Assembly: GCA_051294905.1 (NCBI GenBank)
Contig: CM119372.1
Span: 35,156,001-35,220,000 of the forward strand
Direction of reading: 5' to 3'
Length of the DNA stretch: 64,000 nt
DNA from: Botryllus schlosseri
Lineage: Eukaryota
Shown one piece after another: positions 60,594-64,000 of the stretch. The stretch's first letter is position 1; each line of letters opens with the position of its first letter. The notes below the pieces were generated by a model, which was not told where the DNA came from, made no database searches, and was given only the letters and a program-made list of their open reading frames with translations. The position numbers and the translations under genes are program-made.

Positions 60594-62607
60594 CAGGGCT
60601 GTGGAGTCGGTGAATTTTACCACCGATTTCAACTCCGATTCCGATCCCACACATTTTCAATGGACCGACTTTGACTCCGACTCCGACTCTTGCATCTTTA
60701 AACGTACCGACTCCGACTCCGGCTCCGACTGCGACTCCTGAGTCTTTAAAACTACCGACTCCGACTCCAACCCCGACTCCAACAGTATTACCAATTTACT
60801 TCGAAAATTAAATGCCTCAGTGACGGTTAAATGACTATCATATAACCATTAAACATATGCAAACATATGATTACCGATGGCATGCAAAATTGTTTCATTG
60901 TGGCGCAGCTCGAATTATTGACTATGTTTGAAAGATTGCCTTTCTAAATATTTTTGCTTTTTTCATATTTTATCAGTTTTTAGAACATGGACTTTCTAAT
61001 AACCTAATATGTATGAATCATTCAAATACGACATATATCCCATCCTGTATAATTAAAATGTAGATAAGACAATCGAAGTGTGGCTCTTGTGTATGAGTCA
61101 GCAACTAATACAGAGATACATCTTACTAATTTTCTCATTACACACTGTACTGATTACGAGCACACACACTCTCAGTCTCTCACACTACTATAAACGAAAT
61201 TTAGGATCTAGTCAAATGGCAAATGCCTAGTCCACATCCACTTGATCAACTATTCGAGGACTAGAACTTGCAGTTTTTCATAATTATTTGTTCGACCCAA
61301 GCAGCTAAGCTACACTACAAATATTTTTAGTTTTTTCAAGTGGTTATATTTACATCAATTTTACAACCAGGCGATGTATTTGCTCTGTCACATTATCATG
61401 TTATAATTCCGAAAATTGCATCAATTTGTGACTGCATCGCGAAGATGCATATTGCTTTTTTCTTCCTCTGTGCAGCTGAATTGTAATTTACAAATAGTTT
61501 CCAATTTTATCTATGTCAGGGCTCAGGGGTGGCCAACCAGTTCGGCCAAAGGGCCACATGAGATTTACGAACCATTGCGTTGGGCAACTTGAATGTTGAT
61601 AAGCTTTTTTTAGTCGTCCGATAGGAACGAACCGAATTGGGTAACATTGAAAACAAGACTTATATGACTACGCTTTAAAATTGATAACAATTATGTCGTG
61701 AAAACTTCGTGTGCAACTGTACAGTGTGCAGTCATGCCATGATCGCGCGAAGTACGAAATTATTTCTAAGTAAACGAATGAAATCGATCAATAAATATAT
61801 TACTTGTAGATATTGGGGGTGCCTCTGTATAGCAATGGGCTCATTTGGCAAGGACAGGATTATTTGGCGTTTTAGACATAGCAGATATCAACGGTTTCGG
61901 TGAACATGCCTCTGTCATTTTGTGCAAATGTTTCATCGCCGACGATCTCGCATCGTGCGCACAAGCGAAGTCGCATGTTGGACGACATGTTATCTCCTAA
62001 TTGCGAGTATAGTTGGACTCAATTCTGTAAATGACGCGTATTTATAATTTCAAGGAGGGTTTCCAATATTAAATGCAAGAAATGTGACAATAAATCATGC
62101 GAAGTGCTAAGAAACATTTCCAGTCAAATAAATCTGGTACGATGAATGTGGCTGGCCCCTGGTTACGTCAATGCGTCGAAACTGATGTTTTAGTCATCAC
62201 CAAATTTCGCGGTCAGGCTAATCAAATTTTGGTTGGCCTTGCAAATTTACCTGATGTGATATATAATTTCGAGAATTACGCCGCAGACCACACAAAACCT
62301 TCTCGCGTGCCGCATTTGGCCTGCGGGGCACAATTTGGCCGCTCCTGATCTGTATCGTTACTAATAACAGTGATTGATGGTACATAAAAATCCGATTATA
62401 GATTAGTAATTTAAAGATACCTTTGAAAGCAATTGTTTTCATGATAAAAATGTTGGAGTCGAAGTCAGGGTCATTTTCACAAACTCTGACTTCGACTCCA
62501 GTAGGGATTTTTTCCACGACTCCGACTCCGACTCCAGCAACCACAGTTTTCACGACTCCGACTCAAGCGAATATTACCAAAACTCCGACTCCAACTCCAC
62601 CACCCCG
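60594..62607. mobile_element. hAT MITE with (GACTCC)n subterminal arrays, containing a nested MITE
   Basis: CAGGGCTGTGGAGTC...ACTCCACCACCCCG; perfect TSD CTTTGCAG. Confidence 0.85.
61524..62347. mobile_element. Nested hAT (Charlie-like) MITE
   Basis: CAGGGGTGGCCAAC...TTTGGCCGCTCCTG; TSD unclear. Confidence 0.6.
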
Positions 62608-64000
62608 CTTTGCAGACAAATCTAGTGTCACACTAACCTTAATGTGACACCAGGCCGACTTAAATGATACAGGGGTGGGCACATTTTTCATCATCATCAG
62701 ACCATGTCATCGTAACAACACTGTTTGGCTGTCACTTATTGGATATGGTACCGAACACAGTGGACTTGGAAACGACCAAATCAACCACAGAAGACCGATC
62801 ATCGCGCAACTAAAAATATATTACGTACATGTAAGCGATAGGTCGAGTACGGTAGCAACCAAACTTTATTACCTTCGCAACCAATAATTCAAGAATCACT
62901 GGCGTAACGCATGTCGTTGCCAGCGGCAGAAAAACGGTTGGTCGTATTCCTTTCTTGAAACGTTAAATAATAATAAATTGAATGTTTGGCACGCACGCTG
63001 GTAGATAATTGACAATTTTTGACATTTTGGCACGCTGCACACAAAATGTTGCCGGCTTCTGCCGTAGAACTATAATTGTGCGTTGATTTGCGTGAGTCGG
63101 CGGCGGTCAACATGCAATTTGAATTTAGGAATTTCAAGTCAACTTCGAAATTTTCTTCGCGCAATGCGCGATTTTGAGTGGCTTGATTTTTCATTTAAAA
63201 ACATAGTAGTGTTCTTGTAATCTGACCACTGCACTGTACAAATGCGAACCACCGAGTGCAATTATGCGCCTTGTCAAGAAATACCAATTCGGAATCGTGT
63301 ACGTCTCACGGATGAAGATTTTTCTGGTACGTTTGCGTGATTCCAATATATATTTTGGCTATTCCGAAAATCCTGATGGGAAGTCAAGATATAAAAATAT
63401 GCAACAAAGTGATTAAGTACAATCCGAATGTGCATCATCATTAAATATGTGCCCAAAACTTTCGAAGACACCCCTCCAGCAGATCCAGCTGAAAAGCTGA
63501 TCATGGCTAAGAGGGAATAAATGTTCTCTAGAAATTGTGCAACTACTAATATTATCGACGAAATTCATCATAGAGACTAGTCGTCTATTTCCGGTAACTT
63601 TTCACATCCCTAATATTTGCGATTTCGTTGCGCATATAAAGCCTGCTGGAGCGTTCTGCTTCTATAATTTCAATATATCTTGCTCAAGGTATTTCACAAG
63701 AAAACTGTGATAACACAGAACACCAAAAGGGCCGCCGGCGATTCGAAGTCACCAAGCAGCCAATTTAACATTGATATTTGGTGTTTCGTTACGACTGGAT
63801 TCTATATATGTAATCGAAATGCGGCCGTGAATAGCAAAAAGGTTAAACAGCCACGATCAAGACAAACCTACTATCTCGTATAACCGACGACAGTCTCAAA
63901 TTTTGTATGAAGCTTGACCTCATTCATCAACCAGACTACACAGCCACCAATAATATCGTGCAACACTAAGAGACGCATTAACTGCAAAACGCGTGTAAAT

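Noticed and set aside
60650..60785. DSDSDS / TPTPTP low-complexity ORFs (also 62423..62647)
   Set aside because: Translations of the (GACTCC)n subterminal arrays of the 60594-62607 MITE.
62675..62887. ORF with GYGTE as opsin-2 exon 4
   Set aside because: Lacks the TM4 tryptophan pattern, C187 and TM5, and begins in a MITE-like CAGGGGTGGGCA end; chance match.

Overview
Repeat-rich animal (invertebrate-like, roughly 37-38% GC by eye) genomic DNA with spliceosomal introns. (1) 1-11162: a giant fold-back element. Bases 1-3624 pair in inverted orientation with 4269-7917, and the left arm runs off the window. Its right end carries subterminal repeats and a Polinton/Maverick-type AGTAGT terminus that cuts a retrotransposon integrase. 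(2) 11163-17866 (-): a broken Ty3/Gypsy (Mag-like) retrotransposon with an apparent 73-bp LTR and a PBS complementary to its own LTR (Tf1-like self-priming). A 3.8-kb Harbinger-like insertion splits it. (3) Two tandem paralogous ciliary-type opsin genes on +: one complete 7-exon model (24322-31890) and the first three exons of a second (40365-51960). Both replace the E/DRY motif with AH[F/Y]. The complete one keeps Lys296 but also loses N302 and E247. (4) A CACTG-ended EnSpm/CMC element (52451-58174) with an 8-exon accessory gene sits downstream of opsin-2 exon 3. (5) Many hAT-type MITEs and fold-backs with 8-bp TSDs, often nested. All calls come from reading the sequence; no database searches were run.
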